From assembly GCA_028690035.1 (NCBI GenBank), contig JAQVCA010000001.1:8410-72409 (forward strand): a stretch of 64,000 nucleotides of DNA, written 5' to 3'. Made by a program: the position numbers and the translations under genes. The notes under the pieces are model-generated. The model was not told where the DNA came from and made no database searches. It saw only the letters and a list, made by a program, of their open reading frames with translations. Below are positions 33,846 to 45,952 of the stretch, piece after piece; position 1 is the first letter of the stretch; each line of letters opens with the position of its first letter. The DNA is from Comamonas sp. (lineage in GTDB: Bacteria > Pseudomonadota > Gammaproteobacteria > Burkholderiales > Burkholderiaceae_C).

Positions 33846-35546
33846 ATGACCAACGAAGAGATCCTGGCCCAATACGGGCCGCGCGAAGCCATGGAATACG
33901 ACGTGGTGATCGTCGGCGGCGGGCCCGCTGGCTTGGCTACGGCCATCCGCCTCAAGCAACTGGCCGCAGAAAAAGACCAGGATGTCTCGGTGGTGGTGCT
34001 GGAAAAAGGCTCCGAGCCGGGCGCGCACACTCTGTCGGGCGCCATCATGGACCCGCAGGCGCTGACCGAGCTGATCCCCGACTGGAAAGCCAAGGGCGCG
34101 CCACTGAATCAGCCGGTCACCGAAGATGCGATGGTCTTTCTGGGTGAAAAATCTTCGCTGCGCACCCCCAACTTTTTGCTGCCCAAGTGCTTTCATAACG
34201 AAGGCAATTACATTGTGCGCCTGGGCTTTGTCACCAAGTGGCTGGCCGATCAGGCCGAGGCGCTGGGCGTAGAAATTTTCCCCGGTTTTGCCGCCGCAGA
34301 AGTACTGTTCCACGACAACGGCAGCATCCAGGGCGTGGCCACTGGCAACATGGGTGTCGGCAAAGACGGCGAGCCGACCGGCGACTTCCAGTTGGGCATG
34401 GAGCTGCACGGCAAGTACACCATCTTTGCCGAAGGTGCGCGCGGCCATCTGGGCAAGCAACTCATCGCCAAATACAAGCTGGACGCTGGCAAAGATCCAC
34501 AAACCTACGGTATCGGCATCAAAGAGCTGTGGGAAATCGATCCCGCACGCCACAAGCCCGGCATGGTGCTGCACACCGGCGGCTGGCCCATGGACAGCAG
34601 CACCTACGGCGGCGGCTTCCTGTACCACCTGGAAGGCAACTTGGTCACGCTGGGCTACGTCGTCGGTCTGGACTACGCCAACCCCTACCTGTCGCCGTTT
34701 GAAGAAATGCAGCGTTGGAAGACGCACCCCAATATCCGCTGGTATCTGGAAGGCGATGAAGCCAAAGGCATCAAGCCTGCCAAGCGCATCTCCTATGGCG
34801 CGCGCGCCATCACGGCGGGTGGCATCTTGAGCTTGCCCAAGTTCGTCTTCCCCGGTGGCGCACTGGTGGGGTGCGATGCGGGCTTCTTGAACGTCAGCCG
34901 CATCAAGGGCAGCCATGCTGCCATCAAGACCGGCATGATGGCCGCCCAAGCCGCGTACGAGGCCATTGTGGCCGGGCGTCAGGGTGACGTGTTGAACGCC
35001 TACGAAGCCGCCTTTGAAAACAGCTGGCTGTACGACGAGCTGTACAAGGCGCGCAACTTCAAGGCTTGGTTCAAGAAGGGCCTGTCCACAGCCACGGTGA
35101 TGAATGGCGTGGAGCAGTTTTTGCTCAAGGGCAATATCCCCTGGACGCTGCACCGCGACAAGCCCGACCATGTCTATCTGAAACCTGCTGCCCAATGCCA
35201 GCCCATTGAGTACCCCAAACCCGATGGCAAGCTGACGTTTGACCGCCTCTCCAGCGTGTTCATCAGCGGCACCAACCACAGCGAAGACCAACCCGCACAC
35301 CTGACCTTGAAAGATGCCAACGTGCCGGTGAGCGTCAACCTGGCCAAGTACGCCGGGCCCGAAAGCCGCTACTGCCCTGCGGGCGTGTACGAGTTTGTGG
35401 ACGACGAGGACAAAAGCGGCAAGCGCCTGCAGATCAACGCGCAAAACTGCGTACATTGCAAAACCTGTGACATCAAGGATCCGACGCAAAACATCGTCTG
35501 GATCACCCCGGAAGGCGGCGGCGGCCCCACCTACGCGGGCATGTAG
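33846..35546 (+). CDS. Electron transfer flavoprotein-ubiquinone oxidoreductase
   Basis: VIVGGGPAGL FAD motif; C-terminal YCPAGVYE and NCVHCKTCDIKDP 4Fe-4S ligands. Confidence 0.95.
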   Translation: MTNEEILAQYGPREAMEYDVVIVGGGPAGLATAIRLKQLAAEKDQDVSVVVLEKGSEPGAHTLSGAIMDPQALTELIPDWKAKGAPLNQPVTEDAMVFLGEKSSLRTPNFLLPKCFHNEGNYIVRLGFVTKWLADQAEALGVEIFPGFAAAEVLFHDNGSIQGVATGNMGVGKDGEPTGDFQLGMELHGKYTIFAEGARGHLGKQLIAKYKLDAGKDPQTYGIGIKELWEIDPARHKPGMVLHTGGWPMDSSTYGGGFLYHLEGNLVTLGYVVGLDYANPYLSPFEEMQRWKTHPNIRWYLEGDEAKGIKPAKRISYGARAITAGGILSLPKFVFPGGALVGCDAGFLNVSRIKGSHAAIKTGMMAAQAAYEAIVAGRQGDVLNAYEAAFENSWLYDELYKARNFKAWFKKGLSTATVMNGVEQFLLKGNIPWTLHRDKPDHVYLKPAAQCQPIEYPKPDGKLTFDRLSSVFISGTNHSEDQPAHLTLKDANVPVSVNLAKYAGPESRYCPAGVYEFVDDEDKSGKRLQINAQNCVHCKTCDIKDPTQNIVWITPEGGGGPTYAGM

Positions 35547-35669
35547 CATGCAAGGCGGCTTTGCCGCCTTTTGCCTTGTTGCGCGGCGACCCCGTTGCTT
35601 TGTTGTATCGTTTCATGTTCCAACGTTTTTTAACGTTTTTCAACGTTTCCATCCCCTCGGAGATACCGC

Positions 35670-36632
35670 ATGCAATTCAAAACCCTGGCTTCTGCCGTGG
35701 CCCTGGCCCTTGTCGGCCTGACCAGCGCCCACGCGGCGGAAGAAAAGTCGGTGGCCGTCACCGCCATCGTGGAACATCCCGCCCTGGACGCTGTGCGCGA
35801 TGGCATCCAGGATGCGCTGAAAAAGGCGGGTTATGAATCGGGCAAAAACCTGAAGTGGCAGTACCAGAGCGCACAGGGCAACACCGGCACGGCAGCGCAA
35901 ATTGCGCGCAAGTTCATCGGTGACAAACCCGACGCCATCGTCGCCATTGCCACACCTTCCGCGCAGGCTGCAGTGGCTGCCACCAAGACCGTGCCCGTGG
36001 TGTTCTCTGCCGTGACCGATCCGGTGGTGGCCAAGCTGGTGAGCAGCTGGGAGCCGTCCAAGACCAACGTCACCGGCATCTCGGACATGCTGGCCTTGGA
36101 AAAGCAAATCGCCCTGATCCAGCAGGTGGTGCCAGGCGTCAAACGCGTGGGCATGGTCTATAACCCTGGTGAGGCCAACTCGGTGGTGGTGGTCAAGCAA
36201 CTGCAAAAGCTGCTGCCTGAGCACGGCATGACCCTGGTCGAGGCCGCCGCTCCGCGCACCGTGGACGTAGGCAGCGCCGCCCGTAGCCTGGTAGGCAAGG
36301 TGGACGTGATTTATACGAATACGGACAACAACGTGGTGTCCGCCTACGAAGCGCTGGTCAAGGTGGGCCAAGAGGCCAAGATTGCGCTGGTGGCCTCGGA
36401 TACCGATTCGGTCAAGCGTGGCGCGATTGCCGCTTTGGGCATCAACTACCGCGACCTGGGCGAGCAGACCGGCCGGATGGTGGTGCGCATCCTCCAGGGT
36501 GAAAAGCCTGGCGATATCGCTGTGGAAAGCAGCGACAAACTGGAGCTGTACGTCAACCCGAGTGCAGCCGAAAAGCAGGGCGTTAAGCTCAGCCCCGCCC
36601 TAATCAACAGCGCGGCCCAGGTCGTGCAGTAA
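35670..36632 (+). CDS. ABC transporter substrate-binding protein (COG2984-like; aromatic amino acid type)
   Basis: Signal peptide; IVEHPALDA, ATPSAQA, VFSAVTDPV, NTDN motifs. Confidence 0.88.
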   Translation: MQFKTLASAVALALVGLTSAHAAEEKSVAVTAIVEHPALDAVRDGIQDALKKAGYESGKNLKWQYQSAQGNTGTAAQIARKFIGDKPDAIVAIATPSAQAAVAATKTVPVVFSAVTDPVVAKLVSSWEPSKTNVTGISDMLALEKQIALIQQVVPGVKRVGMVYNPGEANSVVVVKQLQKLLPEHGMTLVEAAAPRTVDVGSAARSLVGKVDVIYTNTDNNVVSAYEALVKVGQEAKIALVASDTDSVKRGAIAALGINYRDLGEQTGRMVVRILQGEKPGDIAVESSDKLELYVNPSAAEKQGVKLSPALINSAAQVVQ

Positions 36633-36762
36633 GCCCGTACGCTAGTCACCCGCCCGGGCTGCTGGCACAAGGCAAGGCAGGTGCCACCATGGGGGCCTGC
36701 CTTTTTTCTTTGGGCTCTGCCCCCCAGCGCAGTGCCTCTCCATCCCGACCTGATCTACCACC

Positions 36763-37650
36763 ATGTCTTTGTTTTCTTTCTTCGGCGCGGTTGAAATCGG
36801 CCTGATCTTTTCCCTGGTTGCCCTGGGCGTGTATCTGTCATTTCGTCTGTTGCGCTTTCCTGACCTGACGGTCGATGGCAGCTTCCCTCTGGGGGGCGCT
36901 GTCTGCGCGGTGATGATCGTGGCTGGTTTCAACCCCTGGGTCGCCACCGCAGGCGCCACCCTGGCCGGGGCAGCCGCAGGCCTGCTGACGGGCTGGCTCA
37001 ATGTGCGCCTCAAGATCATGGATCTGCTGGCCTCCATCTTGGTCATGATTGGCCTGTACTCGGTCAATCTGCGCATCATGGATGGCCCCAACGTGCCCCT
37101 GATCACCGACCCCACCCTGTTCACCCTGCTACAGCCCGACGATCTGCCGGACTACATCCTGCGCCCCATGGTGCTGCTGGTCATCGTGGTGCTGGCCAAG
37201 CTGGGGCTGGACTGGTTCTTTGCCACCGAGCGCGGCCTGGCCATCCGGGCCACCGGCTCCAACGCCCGCATGGCCCGTGCCCAGGGCATCAACACCGGGG
37301 CGATGGTGCTGCTGGGTATGGCCATCTCCAACGGACTGGTCGGATTGGCTGGAGCGTTGTTCGTGCAGACACAGGGCGGCGCCGACATTTCCATGGGCAT
37401 TGGCACCATCGTGATCGGCCTGGCCGCCGTCATTGTGGGCGAATCGATCCTGCCCTCGCGGCGCATCGTCTGGGCCACGCTGGCCGTGGTGCTGGGTGCC
37501 ATCGTGTACCGCTTCTTCATTGCCGCCGCGCTCAACAGCGACTTCATTGGCCTCAAAGCGCAAGACCTGAACCTGGTCACCGCCTTGCTGGTCACGCTGG
37601 CGCTGGTGCTGCCCCGTCTCAAGCGCAAGCGCAACGTGCGCGCGTCCTAA
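36763..37650 (+). CDS. ABC transporter permease
   Basis: FPDLTVDGSFPLGGAV, GLAIRATGSN; multiple TMs. Confidence 0.88.
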   Translation: MSLFSFFGAVEIGLIFSLVALGVYLSFRLLRFPDLTVDGSFPLGGAVCAVMIVAGFNPWVATAGATLAGAAAGLLTGWLNVRLKIMDLLASILVMIGLYSVNLRIMDGPNVPLITDPTLFTLLQPDDLPDYILRPMVLLVIVVLAKLGLDWFFATERGLAIRATGSNARMARAQGINTGAMVLLGMAISNGLVGLAGALFVQTQGGADISMGIGTIVIGLAAVIVGESILPSRRIVWATLAVVLGAIVYRFFIAAALNSDFIGLKAQDLNLVTALLVTLALVLPRLKRKRNVRAS

Positions 37651-37680
37651 TCCGGTGCTACATACCAAGGAAACCCCACC

Positions 37681-38475
37681 ATGCTGAGCGCACAAGATCT
37701 TCGCCTGACGTTCAACCCGGGCACCCCCATCGAAACCAAAGCCCTGCGCGGCCTGTCGCTGGACATTCCCACGGGGCAGTTTGTTACCGTGATTGGCTCC
37801 AACGGAGCGGGCAAATCGACGTTTTTAAACTCGGTTTCGGGCGACCAAAGCATCGACAGCGGCACGATCAAGATCGATGGCCTGGACGTCACCGAGATGC
37901 CCGTCTGGGCCCGCGCCGAGCGCGTGGCGCGCGTGTTTCAAGACCCGATGGCGGGCACCTGCGAGGATTTGACTATCGAAGAAAACATGGCCCTGGCACA
38001 GCGCCGGGGCAGTTTTCGCCGCCTCGCGCGCGCCGTCCAAACGGAAATGCGCGACTTGTTTCGCGAGCGCCTGGCCATGCTGGGCCTGGGGCTGGAAAAC
38101 CGCCTGAGCGACCGCATCGGCCTGCTCTCGGGCGGGCAACGTCAGGCCATCAGCCTGTTGATGGCGGCGCTGCAGCCCTCGCGCATTTTGCTGCTCGATG
38201 AACACACTGCCGCGCTGGACCCGCGCACCGCCGATTTTGTGCTGCAGCTGACCTGCCGCATCGTCGAAGAGTCCCAACTCACCACCATGATGGTCACGCA
38301 CAGCATGCGCCAGGCGCTGGATGTGGGCACGCGCACCATCATGCTGCACCAGGGGCAGGTGGTGCTGGACGTTTCCGGTGCAGAGCGCGCGCGCATGGAC
38401 GTGCCCGATCTGCTGCAGATGTTTGAAAAAGTGCGCGGCGAAAAGCTCTCGGACGACGCTTTGCTGCTGAGCTGA
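37681..38475 (+). CDS. ABC transporter ATP-binding protein
   Basis: GSNGAGKST, LSGGQRQ, LLLDEHTAALD. Confidence 0.93.
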   Translation: MLSAQDLRLTFNPGTPIETKALRGLSLDIPTGQFVTVIGSNGAGKSTFLNSVSGDQSIDSGTIKIDGLDVTEMPVWARAERVARVFQDPMAGTCEDLTIEENMALAQRRGSFRRLARAVQTEMRDLFRERLAMLGLGLENRLSDRIGLLSGGQRQAISLLMAALQPSRILLLDEHTAALDPRTADFVLQLTCRIVEESQLTTMMVTHSMRQALDVGTRTIMLHQGQVVLDVSGAERARMDVPDLLQMFEKVRGEKLSDDALLLS

Positions 38476-38485
38476 TCGAAAAAAA

Positions 38486-38570
38486 GAGCTGCCAGCGCTT
38501 ATTCCCAAAGGAATTCAGCATGAATACTGCCTGAAATACTTATCCAGCCAGCGGATGCAGCTCTTATTTT
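38486..38570. repeat. REP-like inverted pair / bidirectional terminator
   Basis: GAGCTGCCAGCGCTTAT ... CCAGCGGATGCAGCTC. Confidence 0.55.
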
Positions 38571-38648
38571 TTAAATTTCGCCCCATGCAGGCATAAAAAA
38601 ACCGGCCCCTTTTGAGGGGCCGGTGTGCTTGGTGCGCTGGCCTGGGGC

Positions 38649-40982
38649 TTACACCTGCGCTGGCGACGGTGCGGCGCCGCTGTTGTGCGGAGCCTGGGCA
38701 TCGTCACTGGGGTGGATGTCCAAGCGCACATCGCCTGCGCCCTCCTTGGCGGCAGCGTCCCAATCCACCTCCAGACGCCCCCCCTGTACCAGACGGCCAA
38801 AGAGCAGCTCGTCGGCCAGACTGCGGCGGATGGTGTCTTGGATCAGGCGCTGCATGGGGCGCGCGCCCATCAGCGGATCAAAGCCCTTCTTGGCCAGGTG
38901 CTTGCGCAGCGCGTCGGTGAAGGTGACTTCCACCTTCTTCTCGGCGAGCTGCTGCTCCAGCTGCAGCAGGAACTTATCGACCACGCGCAGGATGACCTGC
39001 TCATCCAGCGGCTTGAAGCTGACGATGGCATCCAGCCGGTTGCGGAACTCGGGCGTGAACAGACGCTTGATATCGGCCATCTCGTCACCGGCCTGGCGCT
39101 GGGTGGTAAAGCCGATCACCGCCTTGTTCATCGCTTCGGCGCCCGCATTGGTGGTCATGATGATGATGACGTTGCGGAAGTCCGCCTTGCGTCCGTTGTT
39201 GTCGGTGAGTGTGCCGTGGTCCATCACCTGCAGCAGGACGTTGAAAATGTCCGGGTGGGCTTTTTCGATTTCGTCGAGCAGCAGCACGCAGTGCGGCTTT
39301 TTGGTGATGGCTTCGGTCAGCAAGCCACCCTGGTCGTAACCCACATAGCCGGGAGGCGCGCCGATCAGGCGGCTCACGGCATGGCGCTCCATGTACTCGG
39401 ACATGTCAAAACGCACCAAGTCCACGCCCAGGATGTAGGCCAGCTGCTTGGCGGCCTCGGTCTTGCCCACACCGGTGGGGCCGCTGAACAAGAAGCTGCC
39501 AATCGGCTTTTCGGGCTTGCCCAGGCCCGAGCGCGCCATCTTCACGGCGCTGGCCAGCACTTCCAGCGCCGGATCCTGGCCAAAGACCACGCTCTTCAAA
39601 TCACGCTCCAGCGTTTGCAGCTTGCTGCGATCGTCCTGCGAGACATTGGCCGGGGGAATGCGCGCAATCTTGGCCACGATGGCTTCGATTTCGCTGCGCT
39701 CAATGCACTGCTTGCGCTTGTCCACCGGCTGAATGCGCTGGGCGGCACCGGCCTCGTCGATGACGTCGATGGCCTTGTCGGGCAATTGGCGGTCGTTGAT
39801 ATATTTGGCCGACAGCTCGGCCGCGGCCTGCAGCGCCTCGGGGGCGTAGGCAATGCCGTGGTGCTCTTCAAAACGCGCCTGCAAACCTTTGAGGATTTCC
39901 ACGGTCTCGGCAATGCTGGGCTCGACCACATCCACCTTCTGAAAGCGCCGCGACAGGGCCGAGTCTTTTTCAAAGATGCCACGGTATTCGGTGAAGGTGG
40001 TGGCGCCAATGCACTTGAGCTGGCCGCTGGACAGCGCCGGTTTGAGCAGATTGCTGGCATCCAGCGTGCCGCCCGAGGCGGCGCCCGCCCCAATCAGGGT
40101 GTGGATTTCGTCGATGAACAGGATGGCGTTGGGGCGGTCTTTGAGCACCTTGATCACGCCTTTCAAGCGCTGCTCAAAGTCGCCCCGGTACTTGGTGCCT
40201 GCCAGCAGCGCGCCCATGTCCAGCGAGTAGACGATGGCGTCTTGCAGCACTTCGGGTACGGTGCCTTCGGTGATGCGCCAGGCCAAGCCCTCGGCAATCG
40301 CCGTTTTGCCCACACCGGCCTCACCGACCAGCAGCGGGTTGTTCTTGCGGCGGCGGCACAGGATTTGGATAGTGCGCTCCACTTCGTAATCGCGCCCGAT
40401 GAGCGGATCGATCTTGCCGTCCTTGGCGGCTTGGTTCAGGTTGAGCGTGTACTGCTCCAGCGGCGAGGCTTTCTCGCTACGTTCGCTGCCTGCGGCCTCT
40501 TCGCTTTCAGCGGCGCTGTCGGCCTTGGCAGGTTCGGACGTCTCGCCCTTGCGGATGCCGTGGGCAATGAAATTGACCACATCCAGGCGCGTTACCCCTT
40601 GCTGGTGCAGGTAGTACACGGCGTGCGAGTCTTTCTCACCAAAAATGGCCACCAGCACGTTGGCACCGGTGACCTCTTTTTTGCCATTGCCCGTGGACTG
40701 CACGTGCATGATGGCGCGCTGAATCACACGCTGAAAGCCCAGCGTGGGCTGGGTATCGACCTCGCCCTCGCCGCCAATTTGCGGCGTGTTGTCTTTGATG
40801 AAGTGGGTCAGGGCGCTGCGCAGATCGTCCATGTTCGCCGCGCAGGCGCGCAGCACTTCAGAAGCGCTGGGGTTGTCCAGCAACGCCAGTAGCAGGTGTT
40901 CGACGGTGATGAATTCGTGGCGCTGCTGTCGAGCGTCGACAAACGCCATGTGCAAGCTCACTTCCAGTTCTTGAGCAATCAT
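38649..40982 (-). CDS. clpA: ATP-dependent Clp protease ATP-binding subunit ClpA
   Basis: [19 protein letters not shown]; two AAA+ modules ([16 protein letters not shown]). Confidence 0.96.
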   Translation of the reverse strand: MIAQELEVSLHMAFVDARQQRHEFITVEHLLLALLDNPSASEVLRACAANMDDLRSALTHFIKDNTPQIGGEGEVDTQPTLGFQRVIQRAIMHVQSTGNGKKEVTGANVLVAIFGEKDSHAVYYLHQQGVTRLDVVNFIAHGIRKGETSEPAKADSAAESEEAAGSERSEKASPLEQYTLNLNQAAKDGKIDPLIGRDYEVERTIQILCRRRKNNPLLVGEAGVGKTAIAEGLAWRITEGTVPEVLQDAIVYSLDMGALLAGTKYRGDFEQRLKGVIKVLKDRPNAILFIDEIHTLIGAGAASGGTLDASNLLKPALSSGQLKCIGATTFTEYRGIFEKDSALSRRFQKVDVVEPSIAETVEILKGLQARFEEHHGIAYAPEALQAAAELSAKYINDRQLPDKAIDVIDEAGAAQRIQPVDKRKQCIERSEIEAIVAKIARIPPANVSQDDRSKLQTLERDLKSVVFGQDPALEVLASAVKMARSGLGKPEKPIGSFLFSGPTGVGKTEAAKQLAYILGVDLVRFDMSEYMERHAVSRLIGAPPGYVGYDQGGLLTEAITKKPHCVLLLDEIEKAHPDIFNVLLQVMDHGTLTDNNGRKADFRNVIIIMTTNAGAEAMNKAVIGFTTQRQAGDEMADIKRLFTPEFRNRLDAIVSFKPLDEQVILRVVDKFLLQLEQQLAEKKVEVTFTDALRKHLAKKGFDPLMGARPMQRLIQDTIRRSLADELLFGRLVQGGRLEVDWDAAAKEGAGDVRLDIHPSDDAQAPHNSGAAPSPAQV

Positions 40983-41063
40983 GTGTGGACTCCTTTGCGC
41001 TTGCGGGGGTGGTAACAAAACCTACGGTAGGTCATTGTGAGCAAATATAAGGCCAGTCGGCCA

Positions 41064-41420
41064 TCATTCAACAGGTTCACTGACGGCTTGCAGGGGATGC
41101 CCGGCCTGTTGGGCCGCTTCCAGCACCTGATCGACCTTGGTGGCGGCCACATCGCGCGAGTACACGCCGCACACGCCGCGCCCATCCAAGTGGATTTTGA
41201 GCATGATGCGCGTGGCCTCTTCCTTGTCTTTGGCAAACAGCTCTTGCAGCACGGCAATCACAAACTCCATGGGCGTGAAATCGTCGTTGAGCATGACCAC
41301 CTGGTACATCGGCGGGGGTTGCAGTTGCAGCGTCTGGCGCTCCAGCACCGCCGCATCGCCGCCTTCATGCTGCGGAAAGAACTCGGGGGGACGGGGTGTG
41401 GTGGGTGGTTGACTGGCCAT
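41064..41420 (-). CDS. clpS: Clp adaptor ClpS
   Basis: [31 protein letters not shown]. Confidence 0.95.
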   Translation of the reverse strand: MASQPPTTPRPPEFFPQHEGGDAAVLERQTLQLQPPPMYQVVMLNDDFTPMEFVIAVLQELFAKDKEEATRIMLKIHLDGRGVCGVYSRDVAATKVDQVLEAAQQAGHPLQAVSEPVE

Positions 41421-41463
41421 GGGATATCGATAAAAAACGGATGAACAAAAAGAACAAACAGGC

Positions 41464-44400
41464 TCAGGCGCGCCAGACCAGTCGGCAGGCGCTGCTGCCC
41501 ACTTGGGAACGCCAGTCGGCCAACGCGGTATCGCTGGGGTAACACAGGTGTTCTGGGCCCAGCTCCAGCTCCACGCTGGCACCTGCATCGGGTGCGCGGC
41601 AGTGCAGCAGCAGGCGCACACGCACACCCAGCGCCACCGGCACACCATCGTCGCCCAAGCGCTGCTGCGCGGGGTAGGCCTGCAGCAAGCGCTCCAGCTG
41701 GGGGCGTTGGTCGCCCGCTTCAACCAGCAGATAGCGCGCAAAGCTGCAGCGCGCATCGGCCAGGCTCCAGACCTGGGTGGCCTTGATGCGCAAGCCACCG
41801 CTGAAGTGGTCGTGCTGTACCCGCCCTTGCAGGACGACAAATTCATCGTCCTTGAGCGTGTCTTTGGCGGCCTGCAGCGTGGCTTCATCGACCGAAGCCT
41901 CCAGCACGGTGCTTTTGTCGTCGATCTTGAACAGGCACAGCTTGCCGCGCTGGCCGTTGATCACGCGCAGATCGCTGACGATGCCTGCCAGCAGCTGGGG
42001 CTCGCGGCTGTCTTTGAGTTCGGCCAGGGGCGTGCGCACAAAACGGCGCACTTCTTCTTCCACCTCGTCAAACAAATGTCCCGACAGGTAAAAGCCGATG
42101 GCGGTTTTTTCGTGCATCAGCTGTTCACGCACGCCCCAAGGCAGCACGGGTGCCAGGGGCGGCTCCTGGGTGCTGGAGCCCTGGGCGTCGTCGCCCATCA
42201 TGTCGAACAGGCCGCCCTGGTTGGCGTTGGCCAGCTGGGCGTTGGCGTATTCAAAGGCATCTTCCATCGAGGCCTGCAGCGCGGCCCGATTGCGTTCGAT
42301 GGCATCGAAAGCCCCGGCTTTGATGAGCGCTTCCAGGGTGCGTTTGTTGAGCTTGGTGCGGTCCACACGCACGCAAAAATCCCACAGGCTCTTGAACGGC
42401 CCCTGCACATGGCCCTGTGGCCCAACGCCTTGGCCGTTGCGCGCGGCCACGATGGCCTCAATGGCTGCCTGCCCAGTGCCTTTGATGGCGCCCAACCCAT
42501 AGCGGATCACATGATCGGTCACTGGCTCAAAGCGGTAATGGCCCCGGTTGACGTCGGGCGGCTCAAAGCTCAGACCCATCTTCAACGCATCCTCGTGCAA
42601 CACCTTGAGCTTGTCGGTGTTGTCCATTTCCACGGTCATGTTGCCGCAGAAAAACTCGGCGGTGAAATGCACCTTCAGCCAAGCTGTGTGGTACGCCAGC
42701 AGCGAATACGCTGCCGCGTGCGACTTGTTGAAGCCATAGCCGGCAAATTTTTCCATGAGGTCAAACACCTCATCGGCCTTTTCCGCGCTGATGCCCTGCT
42801 TGCCCGCCCCTTCCCGGAACAGCAGGCGGTGCTGGGCCATCTCTTCGGGCTTTTTCTTGCCCATGGCGCGGCGCAGCAGGTCGGCACCACCGAGCGAGTA
42901 GCCACCCAGCACCTGTGCGGTCTGCATCACCTGCTCTTGATAGACCATGATGCCGTAGGTCTCGGCCAGCACCTTTTCCACCAAGGGGTGCGGGTAGACG
43001 ATTTCCTCGCGCCCGTGCTTGCGCTCCACGAACGAGGGGATCAGATCCATGGGGCCGGGGCGGTACAGCGCATTCAAGGCGATCAGGTCTTCCAGCCGGC
43101 TGGGCTTGGCTTCGCGCAGCATGCCCTGCATACCGCGCGATTCAAACTGGAACACCGCCTCGGTCTTGCCCTCCTGAAACAGCTGGTAGGTGGACCAATC
43201 GTCCAGCGGGATGTCTTCAAACTTGAAGTGTTCGCGCCCCTTGTGGCGCTTTTGGATAAATTCGCGCGCAATTTCCAGAATGGTCAACGTGGCCAGGCCC
43301 AAGAAGTCGAACTTCACCAGACCAATCTGCTCGACGTCGTCCTTGTCGAACATGGACACTGCCGACTCGCTGCCCGGCTGCTGGTACAGCGGGCAAAAAT
43401 CGGTGAGCTTGCCCGGCGCAATCACCACCCCGCCCGCGTGCATGCCGATGTTGCGCGTGATGCCCTCCAGCTTCTGCGCCATTTCGATGAGGTTTTTCAC
43501 ATCCTCTTCCTGGGCAATGCGCTGGGCCAGCACCGGCTCGGCCTCGATGGCATAGGTGTATTTATCCCCTTCTTTGGGCGGATTGGGCGGATAGCGCAGG
43601 GTGACGTTCAACCCGGGCTTGTTGGGAATCAGCTTGGAGATACCGTCGCAAAAGCCGTAGCCCAAGTCCATTACCCGGCCCACATCGCGGATCACCGCGC
43701 GCGCGGCCATGGTGCCAAAGGTGGCGATCTGGCTGACGGCGTTTTTGCCGTATTTTTCCTTCACGTAGTCGATGACGCGGTCGCGGTTGGCCTGGCAAAA
43801 GTCCACGTCAAAGTCGGGCATGGAGACGCGCTCTGGGTTCAAAAAGCGCTCAAACAGCAAGTTGTAGTGGATCGGATCCAGGTCGGTGATCTTGAGCACA
43901 TACGCCACCAGCGAACCGGCTCCCGAGCCGCGCCCTGGCCCCACCGGGCAGCCGTGGTTTTTGGCCCAGTTGATGAAGTCCGCCACGATCAGAAAGTAGC
44001 CCGGAAAGCCCATCTTCAAAATGATGGCCAGCTCAAACTCCAGGCGCTCCAGATAGCGCGGGCGCTGCGCATCGCGCTCCGGGATTTCTGGGTAGAGCTG
44101 TGCCAGTCGCTCTTCCAGACCACGCAGCGACTCCTGGCGGAAAAACTCCTCCGGCGTCATGCCTTCGGGGGTGGGAAAGTCGGGCAGAAAATTCTTGCCC
44201 AGCACCAGACTCACGCTGCAGCGGCGCGCAATCTCCACGGTGTTGGCCAGGGCCGAGGGCACATCGGCAAACAGCGCTTGCATTTGCGCGCTGCTCTTGA
44301 AGTACTGCTCGCGCGTAAAGCGGCGCGGGCGCTTGGGATTGGCCAGCACCTCTCCTTCGGCAATGCAGACGCGCGCTTCGTGGGCCTCGAAATCGTTCGG

Positions 44401-45009
44401 CGTCAAAAACTGGATGGGCTGGGTGGCGACCACGGGCAGTTGCAGGCGCGCGGCCAGCTGCACCGTGTGTTCGACCAGTGCCGCATCCTCACTGCGCCCG
44501 GCGCGCTGCAGCTCCAGATAAAAGCGGTGCGGAAACATCTGCGCCAAGCGCAACGCCTGGGCGCTGGCGGCATCGGCATCGCCACGCAGCAGCGCTTGTC
44601 CCACCGGCCCGGCATTGGCACCGGACAGCAGCACCAACCCCTCGCCCAGCTCCTGCAGCCAGGCCCAGTCCACTTGGGCCTGCGCTTGGTTTTTGGCGGC
44701 GTTCTCCGTCCAAGCGCGCGCCAAGATTTCCGACAGGTTGTGGTAGCCCTGCTGCGATTGCACCAGCACCAGCACCCTGCTGGGCGGGGCACTGCCCTCA
44801 CCAGCCATCACCAGCTCAGCGCCCAGCAGCGGTTTGACGCCTTTGCTGCGCGCGCTTTTATAAAACTTGAGACCGCCAAAGAGGTTGTTCAAGTCGGTGA
44901 TGGCCAGCGCTGGCTGTCCATCTGCGGCAGCGGCCTTTAAAACGTCGTCGATACGGCAGGTTCCGTCCACGACGGAAAACTCGGAATGCAGGCGCAGATG
45001 AACAAACAT
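41464..45009 (-). CDS. dnaE: DNA polymerase III alpha subunit
   Basis: [12 protein letters not shown] domain, [32 protein letters not shown]. Confidence 0.97.
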   Translation of the reverse strand: MFVHLRLHSEFSVVDGTCRIDDVLKAAAADGQPALAITDLNNLFGGLKFYKSARSKGVKPLLGAELVMAGEGSAPPSRVLVLVQSQQGYHNLSEILARAWTENAAKNQAQAQVDWAWLQELGEGLVLLSGANAGPVGQALLRGDADAASAQALRLAQMFPHRFYLELQRAGRSEDAALVEHTVQLAARLQLPVVATQPIQFLTPNDFEAHEARVCIAEGEVLANPKRPRRFTREQYFKSSAQMQALFADVPSALANTVEIARRCSVSLVLGKNFLPDFPTPEGMTPEEFFRQESLRGLEERLAQLYPEIPERDAQRPRYLERLEFELAIILKMGFPGYFLIVADFINWAKNHGCPVGPGRGSGAGSLVAYVLKITDLDPIHYNLLFERFLNPERVSMPDFDVDFCQANRDRVIDYVKEKYGKNAVSQIATFGTMAARAVIRDVGRVMDLGYGFCDGISKLIPNKPGLNVTLRYPPNPPKEGDKYTYAIEAEPVLAQRIAQEEDVKNLIEMAQKLEGITRNIGMHAGGVVIAPGKLTDFCPLYQQPGSESAVSMFDKDDVEQIGLVKFDFLGLATLTILEIAREFIQKRHKGREHFKFEDIPLDDWSTYQLFQEGKTEAVFQFESRGMQGMLREAKPSRLEDLIALNALYRPGPMDLIPSFVERKHGREEIVYPHPLVEKVLAETYGIMVYQEQVMQTAQVLGGYSLGGADLLRRAMGKKKPEEMAQHRLLFREGAGKQGISAEKADEVFDLMEKFAGYGFNKSHAAAYSLLAYHTAWLKVHFTAEFFCGNMTVEMDNTDKLKVLHEDALKMGLSFEPPDVNRGHYRFEPVTDHVIRYGLGAIKGTGQAAIEAIVAARNGQGVGPQGHVQGPFKSLWDFCVRVDRTKLNKRTLEALIKAGAFDAIERNRAALQASMEDAFEYANAQLANANQGGLFDMMGDDAQGSSTQEPPLAPVLPWGVREQLMHEKTAIGFYLSGHLFDEVEEEVRRFVRTPLAELKDSREPQLLAGIVSDLRVINGQRGKLCLFKIDDKSTVLEASVDEATLQAAKDTLKDDEFVVLQGRVQHDHFSGGLRIKATQVWSLADARCSFARYLLVEAGDQRPQLERLLQAYPAQQRLGDDGVPVALGVRVRLLLHCRAPDAGASVELELGPEHLCYPSDTALADWRSQVGSSACRLVWRA

Positions 45010-45089
45010 AGGGGGGCGATTGTATGGCCCACCGCTACAATCGCCCCTTCACCCAGGCCCCACACCCTTACCCGAAAGCTGTTTGCCCC

Positions 45090-45884
45090 ATGCTGCGTTG
45101 CTCCCGCCCTGCCCTTGCTCTTGCCCTTGTTGCCGGTGTACTGGCCGGATGCTCTGCGATCGAAGAAGACAAAACCGCCAACTGGACCCCCGAGCGCATC
45201 TACACCGAGGCGCGCGATGAATCCAACGCTGGCGGCTACGACAAGGCGGTGCCGCTGTTTGAGAAGCTCGAGGGCCGCGCCGCGGGCACGCCGCTGGCCC
45301 AGCAGGCCCAGCTGGAAAAAGCCTACGCCCAGTACAAGGGCGGTGAGCGGCCCGAAGCCATCGCCACGCTGGACCGCTTCATGAAGCTGCACCCCAGCAG
45401 CCCGGCCTACGACTACGCGCTGTACCTGAAGGGCCTGGCCAACTTCAACGAAAACCTGGGGCTGTTTGCCTGGCTGTCGCGCCAAGACCTGTCCGAACGC
45501 GACCAGAAAGCGGCCAAAGAATCCTACGAATCGTTTGCCGAGCTGGTGCAGCGCTTTCCCAGCTCGCGCTATGCGCCCGATGCGCAGCAGCGCATGACCT
45601 ACATCGTCAACTCCCTGGCCCAGTACGAGGTGCATGTGGCGCGCTACTACTACCAGCGCGGTGCGTACGTGGCCGCCATTGCGCGCGCGCAGGCGGCACT
45701 GGCCGATTACCAGGGCGTTCCCGCCAGCGAAGAAGCGCTGCGCATTCTGGCCAATTCGTACGAGCAGCTGGGCATGACCGACCTGCGCGACGATGCCCTG
45801 CGGGTGCTCAAAGCCAACTTCTCCGCCGACAGCGCCGAAACGGCCCTGCAAAAGAACGCCAAGCCCTGGTGGCAGCTCTGGTAA
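45090..45884 (+). CDS. bamD: Outer membrane protein assembly factor BamD
   Basis: LAGC lipobox; TPR repeats; YALYLKGL, RFPSSRYAPDA. Confidence 0.93.
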   Translation: MLRCSRPALALALVAGVLAGCSAIEEDKTANWTPERIYTEARDESNAGGYDKAVPLFEKLEGRAAGTPLAQQAQLEKAYAQYKGGERPEAIATLDRFMKLHPSSPAYDYALYLKGLANFNENLGLFAWLSRQDLSERDQKAAKESYESFAELVQRFPSSRYAPDAQQRMTYIVNSLAQYEVHVARYYYQRGAYVAAIARAQAALADYQGVPASEEALRILANSYEQLGMTDLRDDALRVLKANFSADSAETALQKNAKPWWQLW

Positions 45885-45907
45885 AAACAAAGATAAATAT
45901 ATATAAA

Positions 45908-45952
45908 AAGTGGCTCTAGCGCTTACCCAGCAAGCGCGAGCAGCTCACTTTT
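45908..45952. repeat. REP-like palindrome
   Basis: AGTGGCTCTAGCGCTTA-CCCAG-CAAGCGCGAGCAGCTCACT. Confidence 0.7.

Noticed and set aside
41503-44940. 1145-aa plus-strand ORF (likewise 38625-40892, 33681-35549 and 53135-54808)
   Set aside because: Mirror frames of dnaE, clpA, ETF-QO and sucA; expected from GC-rich codon bias.
41464-45009. Possible intein or split in dnaE
   Set aside because: Length (1181 aa) and motifs are those of a normal uninterrupted alpha subunit.
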